A stretch of 63,116 nt of DNA, filler included, from Kipferlia bialata (GCA_003568945.1; 7 parts of 7 records of this genome joined end to end with filler, not necessarily neighbours in it), one strand, 5' to 3'. Numbered from the whole stretch's first letter, positions 40,266 through 54,660 are shown. Numbers and translations: made by a program. The notes: generated by a model from the sequence alone, not told the origin.

Positions 40266-40419
40266 CCCCCCCTTTAGTGTAGGTGAAAATAGAACAGATA
40301 CCCCCCCCCCCTTCATTCCCTGATCCCAGGTTGTGAGTCAGAAGAGCTCGACCTCCAGCGCTGCTGATAAGTGGAAGATAGCGGCTGGCTGGTTCTTCGA
40401 CCAGGGCATGAATGAGTGA
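39336..40419 (+). CDS. SDF2: SDF2/SDF2L1-like MIR-domain ER protein
   Basis: Signal peptide; YFLHSHDVTYG; SVTA...DDTQNMW; CGDNVTLLHS; WRVEC; VKFVHDASG; YGHPLQGQLEV; WKIAAG...*. Confidence 0.85.
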
Positions 40420-40843
40420 GGGCACTTGCTACTGCTGAGTGTAAGAGAATGGGATTATTGGTACTCCCAAGAGTAAGATTGGAGGGGAGGCCGGGGTTTT
40501 GTGTCTTTCTTGTGTATGTGTTAGTGGTTGGGCGTCGTTTGGGAGTAAACTGACTGTCAACCATATGCCAGTGTGTTAATCATACATGTAACCGTGAACG
40601 GTGCTTCACATGTCGATCGATTAAGGCTTTGAGTGAAGATTGTAACAGCACCTCCAACAGGTTGACTCTGTCGTCAGACACCTATATGCTCTGATGCTCT
40701 GATGCACATCCGTGACGAGTCTACTCACTTAGCAGTGGTTGTGGTCACATTGTGACCAGAACTCACACAACATTTGTGTCATCAAAGCACAAAAGGTGTG
40801 GCCAACGAGCATTATACCATACTCCCCTCTCTCCGACAGAGAG

Positions 40844-41517
40844 ATGAGCACCCCCGCCGAGACCCTGCCTGCCACCGAGACAGCCCCTGCTGTGGATGTG
40901 GTTGTGGTGCCTGAGCTGTCCCCCGAGGACGCAGAGATTGCCAAGAGGGTGGACATGCTCACAACCATCGCAAACAACGGAGGTATGGCTGTGTGTATGC
41001 TATGGCCTTTGTATTAGTCACCCTGACATGGGTGCTGTAGCCAGTTCACAGGATGGATATGCGTGCGAGTGACTGGTGTGCGTGTGTCTATGGAACCGAT
41101 GTCTAGACCGATGTATGTCTACGTGTATCTGTATCTGTATCTGTCACCTGACCCCCAGGCGAGGTCATCCCCGCCCTGCCCACCTCCGAGTCCCACCAGC
41201 TGTTCAAGCTGCTCAAGAGGTGCTCCGAGGTCGAGAACAGGAACCCCATCGCATACGACGGGTTCGAGCCATCCGGAAGGTAAGAGATACACACATTGAC
41301 AAGGACGGGGCTATGATAGATCTATACCCTGCCGTATCGTATATATGTACCCTAAGGGAGCTCTGTAGTAGTGACAGGACATGCATTCATTTTGCACGAT
41401 ATCGATGTATAGATAGTATAGGTGTGTATCCTTCTGTCCCTCTCCCCCCCTTACCCAGGATGCACATTGCTGCTGGTGTCCTCAAGGCCATCAACGTCAT
41501 GAAGATGCTCAACGCAG
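40844..41517 (+). CDS. Tyrosyl-tRNA synthetase, N-terminal 3 exons only
   Basis: PIAYDGFEPSGRMHIAAGVLKAINV is the eukaryotic/archaeal-type TyrRS HIGH region. The continuation is lost after the poly-C tract. Confidence 0.88.
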
Positions 41518-41564
41518 GTATGGGATGGGAATATGGTGTTTAGAGTGTCACAAAGAAGCCCCTT

Positions 41565-41607
<43 letters not shown>

Positions 41608-41670
41608 ACTATCCTCCTCCCGATAGAGTCATACTATATCCTTGAACCACACTCTCTCCTCCTTACCCAG

Positions 41671-41787
41671 GTGGGACCCAACCTCCTCCTAGACAACTAC
41701 AACATGTATACAGTCAAGGATGGAGACGACGGGCCATATATGGCATATACAGAGAGGTATATATATCTCACTATTTCTCCCTTCCCC

Positions 41788-41826
<39 letters not shown>

Positions 41827-43280
41827 ACCCCCCCTCCTATCCATGGTGGGACATCCATCTGCTTCTCGACTTGGGCTTATATCCCAGAGCCGATGCGTAT
41901 ATTGTCACGAGGCTTGACCGAAAGCACTTAACGTTGATGACTGGAAAGGTATATATGTGGGATATGTAGTGGCAACACGATCTCTCCTAAAGATCTAGCA
42001 GATTATGTCACGTATTGGTGATCCCCATCCCATAGAGTTGTGTGACACCGGCCCACCCTTACCCCCTAGGCCTACTCCCTAGTGCCGGACTACCAGGAGT
42101 ACCTAGACAAGGTGTTGGTGACAGGGCTAGACAACCCACTTGGGGGGAGGAGAAGGAGGCTGGGGGACAGGTCACAGAAGGAGCCACAGGGTATATATGT
42201 ATATATATATATATATATATCGGACCCAGCATGACATTGTCTAGAGACATTCACCATTGTGTCCTGACCTCCAGACCGAAGACACGTAATCAGTCCAGAC
42301 CTGAAGCCCAGTGGCATTCTCGAGGTATGTATTGATGTATAGATGTATTGAACCACATCGCCGTAGTATCATTGTCAAGAGACCCTTACCCTCAGCACTG
42401 TGAGGAGCTTGGTGGCAAGCTATTCATCCTGACTATGAGTGGGGAGACAAGGTATGGGGTGCATCTCGGGTATCAATGAGGGTTATATATATATATATAT
42501 TCACTGCTATGTTAGATTATTGTTAAAGTATGTGTAGATATAGACATAGACACATATGGATTATATGTTTAGATATATCACACATGACTATTGGCTGTGA
42601 CTCAATCTAAGTTCAGGTTGTTAGACCCTGAAACAGGCCAGTTCCAGACGTGTATGACTAGACCTGAGGGTACGAAAGAAGCCACACACATTGTTTCTGA
42701 ATGTTGGTCTCTTAGACTCCCCTCCCTCCCTCTGACTCCCAGCTGACAAGTACCCCAAGCACAACTCCATAGCCTTTGAGTCCCATGGGTCCATATGCAG
42801 CGTGTGGTACTGGTGGACTAGCGCAGGGCTGAGTGTGTCCACATGCTCCTTCTCTGAGGGTGGGGGGTGGGTGCCTCTGACTCCCCAGCAGACACCCCAG
42901 GCAGACGCCTTGGAGTACTACTACTGCCCGGTGTGTCACTGACTATTCCAGTACTGCCTCAGCAACATTTACACACGCACTCTATGTTATGCACCATATC
43001 ATACTAACAGCAGAGGCTGAGGCTAGGCCCAACCACCCTCGGCGTCTTCTGGCCAGCCGGTGCATGGTACGACAACGACGGGTATGCAGAGTACTCGTCC
43101 AGCTGGCTCCTGACCCTGGATGCCGTATCAGGGGACTGGGAGAGGGTGTGTGGAATGGGGTTTGTGTTAGAGCAGTGTCTGCAGGTCACTGAGGACATGT
43201 ACATAGTCAGTGTTATGGGTGACATGTACACACTCAGAGTGGCACAGGACGTCGTCAGAGAGGAGGGGGTGGGGCTCTAG
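41671..43280 (+). CDS. Unknown protein C-terminal exons (possibly kelch/beta-propeller-like), unrelated to TyrRS
   Basis: GC-rich exons with canonical splice sites; the last reads ...SWLLTLDAVSGDWERVCGMG...GDMYTLRVAQDVVREEGVGL*. Confidence 0.45.
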
Positions 43281-43880
43281 GGGGGGATGCTTCATATCGT
43301 GTATTAGATATACACAAGAGTAAAGCCAAATTGCACCTATTATCGGATTTGCAATTCCTGAATTCCACTTTAGACTAGCATTGCTTCACAATGCTATCTA
43401 TTAGATAGTATCTAATGACTTTCTATTGAACTGGTTTTCTGCAGTGGTATCGGCAAGTTGCCGACGGCAACCACGCTCACATGGTAACCCTGGTGTAATC
43501 AGTGATTACTAATCACATAATAGCTTCATATCTATTCTGTACCGGAAAGTTCACGTGAACAGTGAAGCGAGTGGGGAACTGTTCTTTCATACCTCCCATC
43601 TCTATCACACACACATCCCACACACACACACACCCGATGGCACTTACCACAAGACCAGGGCAATCGTTTTGTCACAAAACAATGAGTGAAGAAAGTTGCT
43701 TTCTTTAGGTGTATGGGGTCAGCAGGACTGGCTAGGTCTTATGGTGTTAGTTACACAGAGTGTGTACCATACATGGGCCATGTAACATGGCAACTAGTTC
43801 CAAAATCCCATTCATATTCGCACGATCATTCGCTTGCGATTCGCTCATTTTCATTCGCTTCGTCCTAACAATCGTAATAT

Positions 43881-43980
43881 NNNNNNNNNNNNNNNNNNNN
43901 NNNNNNNNNNNNNNNNNNNNNNNNTTAATTAATTAANNNNNNNNNNNNNNNNNNNNNNNNNNNNNNNNNNNNNNNNNNNN
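43881..43980. other. Artificial contig linker
   Basis: N-run with TTAATTAATTAA at 43925-43936. Confidence 0.98.
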
Positions 43981-44087
43981 TCCTTCTCATATGTATATGA
44001 TACATGATATAGATACATGTTATATCTACCCCCCCCCCCCCCCCCCCCCCCCTGCTTTCCCTTCCCTCAACTCCCTCTCACCTCCAG

Positions 44088-47035
44088 TACCCCTCTGAGT
44101 ATGTGGACGGGGAGAGAGAGCTCATCAAGGAGACCCACAAGATGTACGGAAGGACTGAAGTATTGCTACACCAGTGTATGTTTTTAGATGGTAATTCTCA
44201 GTGTATAGACTAACCTCCAGGTACCTCATCATGATGAGGGGCAACAAGGATACCGGCAGGATCAACTTCCAGGTATTATCTATCTCTCTCTCTCTCTCTG
44301 TTTACGTATTTGTAGATACTGTCTCTCTCTTCATATCAGGTCTCTGGTATAGTATTGATATATACATGTATGTATATATTTCTCACTATTAGGCCCTCCT
44401 AACTGAGCCCTGGGACTCCCTCGACATCAACACCCGCAATGCCTTTGAGCACCACACCTGGACAGACTACGACTCAGACGAAGCATGGTATGTTATATAT
44501 ATGTGTATATGATATGGTATATGTATACCTATATATGTATTTGTACTTATTTATGTGTATGCACCACACCTGGACAGACTACGACTCAGACGAGGCCTGG
44601 TATGTATGATATTTATGTATATAATAATGCTTATTGTATATAGTGTATCTGTGTATATCGTAATGTATTTGAGCACCACACCTGGACAGACTACGACTCA
44701 GACGAGGCCTGGTGAGTGATAGACTAGTAGATACTAATCTATATTCTATATAGTGTATCTGTATATATCGCAATGCCTTTGAGCACCACACCTGGACAGA
44801 CTACGACTCGGATGAAGCATGGTATGGGATATATATGTATATAATACAATGTATGAGTTCCCATATATATGCGTGTGTGTGAAACTGTATGTATATAATA
44901 ATATGCCTTTGAGCACCACACCTGGACAGACTACGACTCGGATGAAGCATGGTATGTGGAAATATATATATATATATATGTGTCCTCTATGTATATTCAT
45001 TACGTCAAAGTGATGTACCCTGTCCTTACCCCCCAGGCGCATTGACCAGGAGATCACCAGGCAGGAGGAGGAGGCTAAGATTGCAAAGGTAGACTATTAC
45101 GTACTAGTTATGTATTCATTCTGAGTACCTATGCTCTGTTCAATAAGAAGGCATTCCTTGACTTTAGTATTATGTCTCTATTCTTAATAGTCCAGTCAAT
45201 ACTTCATACTTCCTGTCTTTAAGTATTAATGACCCCAGGCCAAGGAGAAGGCCTCCCTCGAGCTGGCTGGCAAGGCCAGTGCCACAGAGGGTGGGGCAGA
45301 GGGGGAGGAGGAGGTGCAGGTCAAGGAGGAGCACATTGAGGTATGCATTATATATACTGTATATATACATTATATATATACACATTATATATATATTTAT
45401 CTATATATATATATAGCTGAGGGTGGGGCAGAGGGGGAGGAGGAGGCACAGGTAAAGGAGGAGCACATCGAGGTATACATAGTGTATAGTGTGTATGTAT
45501 AGTAATATGTATTATGTAAGAGACTTACAGTATGCAATACGAGGGTCCTTACCCCAGGAGACCGACCTCCAGCGTCGTGTGAGGCTCAAGAGAGAGAGTG
45601 CCAACAGGAAGAAGGAGAGGCAGAAGAACAAGGAGAAGAGGATGGCTGAGGAGGCTGCTAGGAAGGTGTGTGGAAGGACATATACATGCCTATATATTTA
45701 CACGCATATATATACAGAGGGAGAGAGAGACAGAAGAACAAGGAGAAGAGGATGGCGGAGGAGGCAGCGAGGAAGGTGAGACAGACACACACTCCCATAT
45801 ATGTATACACACACACACACACACACATTTATATATCCACATATCCCTGGCCGAGGCCGAGCAGGCAGAGAGAGACATTATATACATGCATTTACCAATT
45901 GTCTTGACTACTATTGTTTGTATATATGCATACATACCCTCACCCCAGGCCGAGGCCGAGCAGGCACAGAGGGAGGCCGAGAGGGCTGAGATTAGGCTCA
46001 AGAGAGGATTTGCGGCCCCTACCTCTGCTGTGCCCCAGTCGTCTCTCTCCCTTGGGTCCCTGGCCCCTATCACTCTAGTTAGACAGGACGCAGGAAAGGC
46101 CGTCAAGGGGGAGGCTGCTCCATTGCTCAGCAAGGTTGGTGTCTATATTTTGTATACCCCGATATTCGGTGTTCCACTGGTGCCAATTGTAACATATATC
46201 GGCTGTGTTCGCTATTGTACACTGATATATACACTGACCCCCAGGTTAGGACCGAGCCCCTTGTCGTCCCTGACCCCGACTCAGTCTATGACTACACATG
46301 CTGCAACAAGGGGTGCTGCAAGGTATGATATCGGTTACAATCATATGTGTACCTGTTATGAGATGGCGTGACCATTTCTCAATACGTTTGGTACCCTGCC
46401 GCTCTCTGTCTCACTTAGTGGGTGTTCAGATGTACTCTTAAATCTGTAAGTTATTGTCCCTCACTAATAGGCCTTTGCTGCTGACCCCGAGTGGAGGCAG
46501 TCCTTTGCCAGAGAGAAGTACAGGGCAGCACACGGGCCGCAAGGTAAGTGTATTTATATATCTACACTTATACATGTATGAGTATTATTTGTATTGCCAG
46601 GGAGAAGTACAGGGCAGCACACGGACCCCAGGGTGAGTATAATAGTACTTGTATACATCTCTAAGTATATTCTATCATGTGGCATTGACAAGTACGGTGC
46701 GACACACATACCCCAGATAATTTATTCATTGTGTATTGACAGGTATATATATATTATGTCTCACCCCAGGCACTATTAGGCACCCCTCCCCCTCCGTATA
46801 CTATTTTTGTGTTATAATATATAATATATGATACCTTACCCCAGGCACCATTGGGCACCGCAAGAGTCTCATGGTGGTCACATTCTTCTTCGACCCATCC
46901 ACGAGGGTGAGGATCTATATATAGTATTGCGTATGATAGGGTGTATGTTCATAATCTCTTGTGATTCATGCACTCACCCTTCTGACTGGTCTCTCTGTCT
47001 GCTACAAGTGCGTACACCACCTCCCGGGTGTAACC

Positions 47036-47066
<31 letters not shown>

Positions 47067-50000
47067 CATACTCACACCAGACCGGTCTCTCTGTCTGCTA
47101 CAAGTGTATTCAGCACCTACTCGGTGTGCAGTCCTCGATGGTCAAGACAGCCATAGACGGGGAGAGGGCAAGACTGGAGGAACTAGAGGAACTAGAGGGT
47201 GTGGAGGTTGAGGAGGAGAGAGAGAGAGATGAGGTACAGGAGGCGCAGGAGGCCGAGGCTGAGGATGAGGAGAGCTCCTCTTCCTCCCTGGCCTTCAGCG
47301 AGTCATCGTCAGGTATAGTTTATACTGTATGGATTTACATTTGTCATATACATGTACACAACAGTCTATAGTATATATGTATATATGTATTGATATCTCT
47401 TACCCCTCCAGATGATGCTGCCACCGGTGTGTCCAAGGACAGAGGCCATCTGACCACAGGCACAGTGCAGACACAGTACAGGCCTATGACAGGTATGGAC
47501 TACACATATACTACATATATACTATATATATACAGTACACACCCACCCACACTCACATATGTATATATATATATATATATATATATTCTGTTAATATACA
47601 CAGGCACAGTCCAGACGCAGTACAGGCCTTTGACACGTGTGATAAACTATCTATGTCGTAAATAAACAACATATGATATTGTATTCTTTCCCCACCACCT
47701 ACCACCAGGCCCTGTCACAGGTATGGACTCTATAAATACTATCCATATACAGTGTGTTTGTGTATAAAGTGTTCTGACCCCACCAGGCCCTGTCACAGGT
47801 GGTGTGCCCGAGGACGATCCCTTTGATGCACTGGACCTTGGGGAGGAGCTGGCCCAGGGCGACGACGATGGCGATGACGCCAACCTTGACGGCGACGATG
47901 CCAACCTTGACGGCGACGACGGAGATATCTTCATGAAGAGCAGCAGTGACAGAGAGGGAGAGGGAGAGGGAGAGGGAGAGGCTGTGTCTCTGAAGGTTGA
48001 CATTGGAACACCCCCTGAGGCTGCTGCGTGTGGAGATGTCAAGATGGATGGGGAGGGGGAGAGAGTGACTGGTGATGTGCAGATGAAGGAGACTGGTGAC
48101 GTCAGTATGGAGAGGGAGAGAGAGAGAGGGCCTGAGGCCTCTGTCCCTGTCTGTGAGGAGTATAGTGAGAGGCAGGAGAGGATGAAGTACTTGAAGGGAT
48201 ACCCAGAGGATAGGGTGGAGGAGCTGCTGAGGTATGGGTATATGTCTATATGTGTAACACAATATATATACGTAATATATATGTATATATGTATATATAT
48301 CCTGGGGATAGGGTGGAGGAGCTGCTGAGGTATGACCCTCTCTCTCTCTCTCTCTCTCTCTACATATATACATATGTATATGTATGTATATGAATCTGGT
48401 TCTCTCCCCCTCTCACCCCAGTGCCCTATCTGCCAACACCTCCCTCTGCCAATAGTCTCTCTCTCTCTCTCTCTCCCCCCCCCACCCCTCTTACTCTAGC
48501 GCTCTATCTGCCAACCCCACCCTGTGTCAGGGCGGTAGGGGCAGGGCTGCAGCTGGACTCGGTGAGCAGAAGCGTCGCTTCATAGCAAAGTGGTTCTACT
48601 CACCGGACGGAAAGCTCATCATCAACAGTATTCATGCCGCAAAGGTACCATCTTCTCTCTCTCTCTCTATCTCTCTCTCTCTCTCGACTTTGTATCATAC
48701 ATTCACCGTATATATACAAAGCTGTAGCACATTATGTACCGTGTCTCTGACCCTCTGATTGATGTATACATATATATCTGTACTAGTATATTATATCACT
48801 ACCCTGACCCCCAGGTTATGCGTGTGGCCCCTGCCACTGTGGTGGATGCAGCCAAGTACATAGGTATGTGTCACACACACAAACACGTTTGCGTTTGTTA
48901 TTACGTATCTATTTACATGTATATCATCCTCCCTTGCACCCATACCAGCCCCAGTCCCTCTCTCTCTCTATGTATTGATATATACATATGTATATCTCTC
49001 TATTCTCTCTTACCCCCAGACCAGCCCCAGGCCTCTCTCTCTCTATATATATATTGATATATACATATATATCACTCTCTCTCTCTCTATTGATATTTAC
49101 ATGTATATGCGTATGAAACGTTTCATTCACTCTTACCCCCAGACCAGCCCCACTCCCTCAGCCCCATTGCTCTGCCCACCCCTGCTGCACAGGCCAAGAC
49201 AGCCACACCCAGGCTGGTGTACGGGGAGGGGTCGGAGCAGGTATATACTATGTTGTGTATGTACTAATGTATATATATATACATATTTCATTTATACCCA
49301 GACTGGTGTATGGGGAGGGGTCAGAGCAGGTATATATTTCCAACTGGAAGTTTATCTCTCTATGTCTCTCTGTGTTCACACTCAGGCCACTCTCATTACC
49401 TCCCTCCTCGATGGCCTCAGTGACTCCAAGCGCCACTCCCACCTGTTATCCACATCCAAGTGGGTGTGTGGGTGTGCTGAGGAGTGCTTACAGGGGGTGG
49501 TACCAGAGACCAGGTATTGATATATTGATATACATATACTATGGGTTATATACAATATACAGGTGGGTGTGTGGATGTATTGAGGAGTGCTTACAGGGAG
49601 TGGCCCCAGAGACCAGGTATATATATATATATATATATACAGTGTCTGGTATTTGTACCGAAAGTAAATGTAGCACTAGATTTCTGGGATATGTCATATA
49701 CCCCTATCTTCTGATGATGTCTTTGAATACTATCCCTGCTTACCATCCAGGATAGCCCTTGCCGTGGACTATGCTGCCTCTGTCCAGTCAAGGTACCCTC
49801 TCTCCCCCTTTACCTCTCTGTGTCTCTCTCTTAACCTACCCCCAGTCTCACTGTATTTCTCATTTCCTACACCATGCATCCTCTTTCTATTCCTACTATG
49901 ACCTCTCTCCTCCTCATATATAATATTTGTGTGGACTATATAGTACATATGCATGCTACATATGTATATTGCACTAATACCAGGGCAATCGGTGCCATCA

Positions 50001-52114
50001 CCCCCAACCGGCACCAGTTCATCCTCAGATGGGGCCTGGCAGATCCAACCACATGTGACATATGTGAAGGGTACGTTCACGTATGCATAGATACATATAT
50101 TTTTGTCCTCACGAATTCTTTTGTACATCTCACCCCTCCCGTGCTCTCTCTATGGTGGATTCTTCTCGTATAATATAGTGTAATGTAGTATATTACAGTA
50201 TATTATAGTATCTCACCCCTCCAGTGCCCTCTCCAGGATCCTCAAGTGCCGCAAGAACAGGGTCCAGACACTGCTCACAGGCGCTAGGGAGGCTGTGTAC
50301 CTACCTGAGGCACCGGCCGTTTCAAGCGCTCCAGACGCTCCAGACGCTAGTGCCCCTCTCCCCACCATCCACCTCCCTAGCGACACAGCTGCTACCATTG
50401 CCGCTGCTGTCAGTCCTGCCCTCTCTCTCTCCTCTGCCTCTGTACCGACCAAGGTGCTTGAACTTAAGCCACTTAAGGGGCTAGAGGGAGTGGAGGCTGA
50501 GAAGGGTGTAGAGGGAGTAGAGGGTGTTACCGAGGAGAACACTGCTACCACTGTTCCTGCTACTACTGGTTCCATACCCCGTCCCAGTCTTCTGGTACCC
50601 CCTGTGCCCAGTGATGACAGTACCACCATAGGAGTCAGTGGAGATGTCACTATGGGTGGTGACAACACCGCGGCGGAGGCTGAGCAGGCAGAGTCTGAGA
50701 CTGATGCTCTCTCTCTCACCATCTCTCCTGCTGAGAGTGAGGCTGAGACAACAGTGCCTGAGGGAGAGGGTAGTGACGCATACATACCCCAGGCAGAGGC
50801 TGAGGGAGAGGGAGAGGGAGAGGGAGGGAGTCTTCCAACCACCCCAGTCACAATGGCAGAGAGGGAGAGTGCTAGACCCAGGCGGAGCAGTAGAGTTAAG
50901 AGAGAGAGTACTCCTGCCGTGGATGAGGTGGATGCACCTCCTGAGGAGGGGATAGAGGACGTCTTCGCCCCCTGCTGTGGGAAGAAGAACTGCGTGGAGC
51001 ACATATCTCAGGAGGTATGGCGTATGTACTATATATGTGCTGATATTATATTATTTACAAAAACAATACAAATGTTCTATCCGTACAATACATGTATATA
51101 TATAATCCATATGTATTTGTACCCATACTCACTGCAGGTCAAGACCCTTGAGACTATATACATACTATATACACACTATATGCATACTATATACATGCAA
51201 TATACGTATTAATATATACATACCTCTGCTTATCTTAGGTCAAGACTCAGGTCATGTCCATGAGACAGTCTATACCTATGTATATCCAATATACCATATA
51301 TACACATGTATATATACATTGATTCCAGGTCAAGACCCAGGTGATGTCCATGAGACAGTCTATCAAGGCCCTTGAGGGTATGGAGACAGGGACCAAGGGG
51401 GAGATGGCAGAGAGGAAGAGGGGCATATCCCAGAAGAGGAGAGAGGTATCCTGCCCATATGTTTTGTCTTTATTGAACAACCGATTGTGGTTATCTTTCT
51501 ATTTAGTTTTTCAGAAGAGAAGACAGGTATCCTGCCTGGAATAGTGGTGTTGTTCATATATGAGTTTGATATATACATGTGAGAGAGAGGGGGGGGGGGA
51601 GTGAGAGAGAGATATCATATCACAGAAGAGCAGACAGGTATGGACACAGGAATCAATAGTGTATATGTTCAGATAGGTTGATGGATACGAGAGCCTCTAT
51701 GTAGTGTCAGATATGTATTTGACATACATATTATAATATTATAATTATTATACATTCTCCCTCTATTGTAACACTCCAGATCATGTGTGTCCTCTATACC
51801 TGTTGATATACCTTGTATATATATTCCATACGTTATCCTTGTCTATTATCAGCTGTTACTAACTATAGATCGTGCATGTGCTCTACACCTGCTGATATAC
51901 ACTGTGTATACTGTATATACTGTATATATTGTTACTAACTGTAGATTGTGCATGTCCTCTACACTGCCTTCCCCACCTGCTGCTACGGGTTGAGCAAGAG
52001 GGCCTCGGGTGTCAAGAGCTCCAAGTACCTCACCGTGTGGAAGAAAGAGGTTACCGAGAACAAGACGCTCTAGACGGTCTAGACGGTCTAGACGCTGAGA
52101 CGGCGAGACGCTGA
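44088..52114 (+). CDS. Large unknown protein with coiled-coil, acidic spacers and 3-4 repeated Cys-rich modules; 5' partial
   Basis: Many exons that appear to join in frame. Modules: TCCNKGCCK...VCYKCIQHLLGV; CGCAEECL...ICEGALSRILKC; PCCGKKNCV...CCYGLSKRASGV. Stop at 52112-52114. Confidence 0.7.
44441..44953 (+). repeat. Donor-side echo array: 4 copies of (AFE)HHTWTDYDSDEAW|GT
   Basis: The exon ends at 44487; copies end at about 44599, 44711, 44821 and 44951. Confidence 0.92.
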
Positions 52115-53436
52115 GAGACGCTAGTTGAGAGAGAGAGAGAGAGAGACTGAAGCAGGGTTAGTACCTTGTTTGATGTGTTAGTATGGCAAGTAAAGATCAG
52201 AACAACGTCTCGGATAGACGGGATTCTGCAATATGATATTCTATACTCCATTTTGGATACTTTCACTGCAGTTTTGCTGATTCTCTCTGCTTGCATGACT
52301 ACTCATGTTCACTCTCTCAAATGTGGTGTTGCAAGAGTTCATTGAGGGAAGCGTAATAGTAATGCATATATATTCCACAAGGCTATGCTACAGTTGATCA
52401 TTACCATTTTGTGTAGGATTGTATAGTGAGTACAAGTTAATAGTGTAATGGGATAATTAAGGAAGATTTCAGTATATAATATATACTATTGATTCAGTAC
52501 ATCTGCATATTGCTGTATACTCCAGTCTGTGTTGATGATGACAAATTGTCATTGACAAAGGTATAGGTAAGAATAGCATTTAGTTAGTTAGTACTATACC
52601 TGTAAACAGCGACACATATCTCCTTCAAGAGTATCGTGTATACTCACTTCAACTGGTACGTGACCTAACCAAACTTCCCACAATCTATAGAGTATATACC
52701 ATAGTATGGTCCATACTCGATGTTATACAATGGTATAGATGTACTGATACAAGAGCAAGAGGGTGAGAGCTGTTGTCTGAGAGAATCTCTATCCTACTAG
52801 TACCAACTCCTCTTCTATGCAGTTCGGCGTGACTATTCGATTATACGATACACACACACACATGCTACATACTAACTGTACCAGGCCTAGTAACAACGTG
52901 TATCCACAATGCTGTACGTGGTTTCCCTGTATAACATAAGCAGATATAGATGAACAGCATATCTGAGGACCACAACTTGTGGTTTAGAATACATTGCATC
53001 ACTGACACAAGTACTAAGTATCATACCTAGTTCGTACGTGCTTGGAATGGACGAAATCTGATTATTCAAGAGAGAGACACAGTACTAGGCCTAGTATTAA
53101 CCTGAGGGCAATGATGATTGCATCTATTGGATCACTAAACACACTGGTACACAAAACAATGCAAGAGTATCGAGTATCGAGTATCGCTTCGATACCAGCA
53201 AACACCCTACCCTCAACACTACTCCGATATATAATAAATACACCCTAGAGAGTCAGACTCTCCCCATACTGTTACTATACCACCCTACATTAGATCGAAC
53301 AAACCCCCGTTGATAAACGGAACGAAACATCCACCTCTCACCCTCTTGTGAGACAGGGACTCTTTACCACTTTACACCAGACCTCCACCCTATTCTCATA
53401 GTCTCATAGAGACAGAGAGAGAGAGTAGGGAGGGCT

Positions 53437-54660
53437 CTAGCACTTGAGCGATGGGTCTGGGCCCCAGTGCTTGTTGAAGATGGCCTTGATCTCGGCCCAG
53501 CCTACTGTTAGAGGTGCAGATACATGGAATATAGATAAATACATATATTAGTTTGATTCTAGTTAATACATTTAGAAATACACAGTATGCTTTTGTTGAA
53601 GATGGCGTTGATCTCGGCCCAGCCTAGATATGAGATTATATTGTATGTATTATATACATAATACATACACAAAACAATATATATATATATATATATACTT
53701 CTGAAGAGGGCTTTGATCTCGGCCCAACCTAGTAGTTAGAGGTACGCTGAATTACAGATGAGTACTATTATGCATGTATATTGTATATACCTTGCTCCTC
53801 ATCCACACACACACTGTCTGGGGGTGTGTTGGGGGACTCACACACAGGGGCCCCACGGGACTTACCGGCCTGGGATAAGGGAAAATATATAAATATAACA
53901 TAATATATATGCTGTATCTAGCACTATTCACCATGTATATACTACAAATATATACAGACAGAGGCCCGCCGAACTTGCCGGCCTGGGGGGAGAGACAGAC
54001 ATACAAGCTATAACTAACATTGTGAATATATGTGTAGGTATATCCACTGTATACCTCGCCGCAGAACATCGAGAACCAGAATTTCTGTAAACATCACTGC
54101 AAATGTCTAATAATTATAATTATAATAATATACCAAATCAATGTATATACAGGCATTTGTCGTACCTCTCCGCAGAACATGGAGAACCAGAACTTCTGTG
54201 CGTCCTCTGCCCTGCCACCCCCTGGCTTGACCTGGCCCTAGAGTCAGTATATACAGACACACACATATATATATATATATATGTAAAACACTGATATATA
54301 TATGTGTGTGTATATAGAATGTGCGTCCTCTGCTCTGCCACCCCCTGGCTTGACCTGGCCCTGGGGTTAGTGCAAATATATATGTATATATATATGTATA
54401 TATATATGTATATAACACTATTATACAAATATATGAATATACACATGTATATATAATGTGCGTCCTCTGCCCTACCACCCCCTCGCTTGACCTGGCCCTA
54501 TACATTAGAGAGAGAAGGGGTATATAGCATTGGTATATACAAACAAAATATATACTTAACACTGTACGTCTACATTACCTTAGGAACAGGAGCCGATGGG
54601 TTTCCCCTGAGGTAGAAGCACCTCAACAGCTCGACAGAGCAGTCGGCAAAGAGACCTCCC
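53437..54660 (-). CDS. Unknown protein C-terminal exons; 5' partial; carries echo arrays
   Basis: Spliced [65 protein letters not shown]...[24 protein letters not shown]. Confidence 0.6.

Noticed and set aside
47870..52095. Short coding tandem repeats (DDANLDG x2, EGEGEG, CTAGACGGT x2-3)
   Set aside because: Ordinary slippage in low-complexity protein regions.
52120..53430. 1.3-kb intergenic stretch, possible ncRNA or mobile element
   Set aside because: No terminal repeats, ORF, tRNA fold or snoRNA boxes recognisable by eye.
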